Positions 61,201 through 64,000 of a DNA stretch of 64,000 bases are shown here, piece by piece; the stretch's first letter is position 1, and each line of letters begins with the position of its first letter. The notes under the pieces were generated by a model. The model was not told where the DNA came from. It saw only the letters and a program-made list of their open reading frames with translations, and made no database searches. This DNA is from Azolla caroliniana. Lineage: Eukaryota; Plantae; Polypodiophyta. The stretch spans positions 16,430,001 to 16,494,000 of the forward strand of contig JBHGNT010000003.1 in NCBI GenBank assembly GCA_043228905.1, read 5' to 3'. The translations under genes were made by a program, and so were the position numbers.

Positions 61201-63800
61201 AAGTGAAGGAGCCTTGCACATCAGATCCTTGGGTTCCTTAAAGGCGAGGTCTAGTGTAGCATTCCAAACAATAGGTTTTGTAGACTTATGCGTTTGACCT
61301 TTTAGAAGATCAGTAAACGTCGTTGTTAATTGGGAGTAATTACAAAGGGATTTTCGCAAAAACCCGACAAAACTAAGGAATGATCGAACTTCTCGAATAT
61401 TCCGAAGAGTGGGCCAAAGCTTGATTTTCTCGATGCTAGAAGGATCAATTTCAACTCCTCGTTCAGTTATGAGATGTCCAAGATAAGTAATTGATTTCTT
61501 GAAGAACTCACATTTTGAGATCTTCACATAAAACTGTTTGTCACACAATTTTTATAAAACAAAGCAGACATGTTTAACATGTTCTTGTAATGTATGACTA
61601 TAAACTAAAATATCATCCAAGAAAATAACGACAAATTTTCCAAGTTGTTCTCGGAAAATGTCATTCATTTCTTGTTGAAATGTAGCTGGAGCATTGGTCA
61701 AACCAAAAGGCATAACCAAAAACTCATAATGGCCATAACGCGTACGAAATGCCGTTTTAGGAACATCGTCCTCACTTATACGAATTTGATGATAGCCAGT
61801 ACGAAGATCAAGTTTCGTAAAATACCGAGCTCCCTGGAGACGGTCAAATAGATCGTCAGCCCAGGGCAACGGATATGAATTCTTGATCGTCACTTTATTC
61901 AAGCGTCAGTAATTAATACACATACGTCATGTGCCCTCTTTCTTTTTAACCAAGAGAATTGGTGCACCCCATGGAGATCTACTATAACGTATATAACCCA
62001 TTCGTAAATAGTCCTTGAGTTGCTTAGATACCTCATCCTCTTCGAATCGACTTAAGTGATAAGGAGGTATACTTATTGGTGCAATGCCAGGTACAATATC
62101 TATACGATGGTCTATATTACGTTTAGGAGGTAACCCATCTGGTAGTTCACTCGGAAAAACATCACGAAAATAATTTAAGATTTCATCAAGTTGTTGTTCA
62201 AAATATGTTAATTGAACCGAGGCATTAAACGTGAATGTTCGGATCAAGTACACAATAAAATAGAGTAGAACAAGAAAACTCGGATATTGATGGAGAGGAA
62301 ACAATCGAGAGGGATTGTTTTTTTACACATTGAATAAAATGAGTACAATCGTTTAGTACAAAGGAAATAGAATGATGAACCCAATCAATAAATAAAGAAG
62401 AGTTTTTATTATAAAACCAAGGATAACCCAGTATTGCATCAGTGGTACAAAGATTCATTACATGGAAGTCTACTTCATCTATATAAGTATCAATAGAAAT
62501 TCCTAATGAATGAATCGCCCCGTTGATGTATTGTACTCTTCCATCAGTCAAGTGCACCGTATAGGTGTGATCACTTAGGGTGGGTTGGATTCCCCATATC
62601 TGAACCAAACGATCATTCACAAAATTGTGTGAGCTTCCCGAATCAAACAAAAATTGTATGGGAGATCCATTGATATACTCGTTTGCACGTAGTAAATCAT
62701 TGGGACCCAATACATAGTGAGGGAAAGAACTTTGACAATTACTTAAATGATGTGTATAGACCTAAAGGACATTACGAAATTGACCTTTATGGTCTGCAAC
62801 TTTAGCTTTGTTGTCGTGCTCTTTCCGTTGGAGCTTTCGACATTGGTCTTTTGTATGACCTTTCTTTTTGGAGAATATGCAAAAAGGATGTTGTCACTTA
62901 CAATCACGATTCATGAATTTGTTGGGTGTCTTGCGTTTCCCAGCGAGTTGCGACTACTTAGTCCCAAGTGCTTTGTTGGGTTTGTTGTGGTCCTTCTTCG
63001 AAGTGCATTGATAACGAAGAACTATTTCAATGGCCTCTTCGAAGGATTTTGGATCCTTATCGTGCACTATCCAATGATAGTCCGAATTGGGGATGCCATT
63101 AACAAAACAAGCTATTAACCAGTTCTCCCCTTGTAGATCCGATTTTTGGATTTGGGTTCTAGCATGGTGGACATAGTCTTCTAATGAAGAAAATTTCCTG
63201 CTAGAGAGGTTCATTAAAGCTTGAGCTACCTCGGTTCGAGAGGGAAGTTGCAGAAATTGGCCCTTAAAAACTGTGACAAAATCTGTCCAAGTATCGGGCA
63301 ATTTCCCCAAAGTTCGGAGCCCACGCCACCAGGCGGTGGGCTTACCCCCTAGTTCTCGGCCGACATATGCAATCTTCGTACTATGTGGCATGGGATAGAG
63401 CTCAAAATGAGACTCCCATCGGCCTAGCCACGTGTAGATTGTTTCTTCGGTTCTTTCCTTTTTATCTCCCGTAAATGGCTTAACGACAAACGATGGTTCA
63501 CCCTGTCGCTCATCAGGTCTATTAGTCTCACGTTGTAAACTAATGACACGTGCCTCGAGTGCACTTTGAGATTGCCGAAGTTCAGTCATCTGTTGAGTGG
63601 TGAAACTAAGGTATTGGGTTATTTGTGAAAAATACATCTCAATGGACATTTGTTCAGGAGGATTTCCTTGAGTTTCTTCCGCTTGAATGGATGACATCGG
63701 GTTGTTATTTTGAGCCATTAAATGATTATTTTTGGCAAAGAAATAGGATAAGGTCAAACAAATAGTCATAAAATCATGTCGTGATGTAAACATATCATGG
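58238..63800 (-). mobile_element. Ty3/gypsy chromovirus, decayed: gag ~63718-62954, PR, RT, RH, INT, chromodomain, PPT 59404-59393, 3'LTR 59392-58238
   Basis: Protease FLFDSGSSHNF; [44 protein letters not shown]; RH ASDYAIG; INT WESISMDFI, VSDRDPKF, GPF...HPVFHVSRL. Chromodomain-like IQEFKIKWMDKSIKDATWEHE at ~59530-59460. Confidence 0.94.
58326..59021 (-). mobile_element. Solo LTR (Tork-like copia family) inside the gypsy 3' LTR
   Basis: Exact TSD CGATC (58321-58325, 59022-59026). Minus strand starts TGTTGGGAATATGTCCCTC and contains the GGTTTTCC...TTTAGGGTTTCCACG block also seen at ~17520. Confidence 0.88.
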
Positions 63801-64000
63801 GCAAATATTAATCGATATCATGATCTCACGTCAATACCCCTCTAGATGTATGAGATGAGGTTCAAGATTAGGTTACTATGGTAACACAAAGGTGTTTTAA
63901 AAACCATGGGGGTGACAAATTAATGTCTTTCCCTGATCTCTATATCGATTTTTTTCATGGCGGCTCCCCGAGGCTCAACCATGTATGTTCGCGTCATGAA

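Noticed and set aside
63986-64000. Start of the gypsy 5' LTR (TGTTCGCGTCATGAA resembles TATTAGAGACATGAA)
   Set aside because: Only 15 nt at the window edge, with several mismatches and no canonical PBS.

Overview
Plant nuclear DNA, probably from a non-seed plant such as a fern. This is inferred from the F-A-A-R type NIP aquaporin and the character of the transposons. Two intact, convergent spliced host genes are present: a 4-exon LRR receptor-like kinase (+, 18557-23081, ~929 aa) whose kinase domain lacks the catalytic HRD and DFG residues, and a 5-exon NIP aquaporin (-, 34241-29690, 308 aa). The probable 5' end of a third gene lies at the left edge (-). The rest is mostly nested, decayed transposons. 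A Ty1/copia cluster occupies 1370-18215. An AT-rich minisatellite (38980-56063) is interrupted by a hAT MITE and two L1-like LINEs, which in turn carry two copia elements and solo LTRs. A chromodomain Ty3/gypsy element lies at the right end. Best leads: (1) a conserved inverted repeat that places the PPT/LTR junction of one copia lineage in a hairpin loop; (2) a decayed coding extension after RNase H, lying between two PPT-like tracts; (3) two different LINEs inserted at the same minisatellite motif; (4) the RLK pseudokinase, whose intron 2 carries repeated copies of its own splice donor; (5) the ancestral-type NIP filter. All coordinates were read by eye and may be off by a few bases. No database searches were run.
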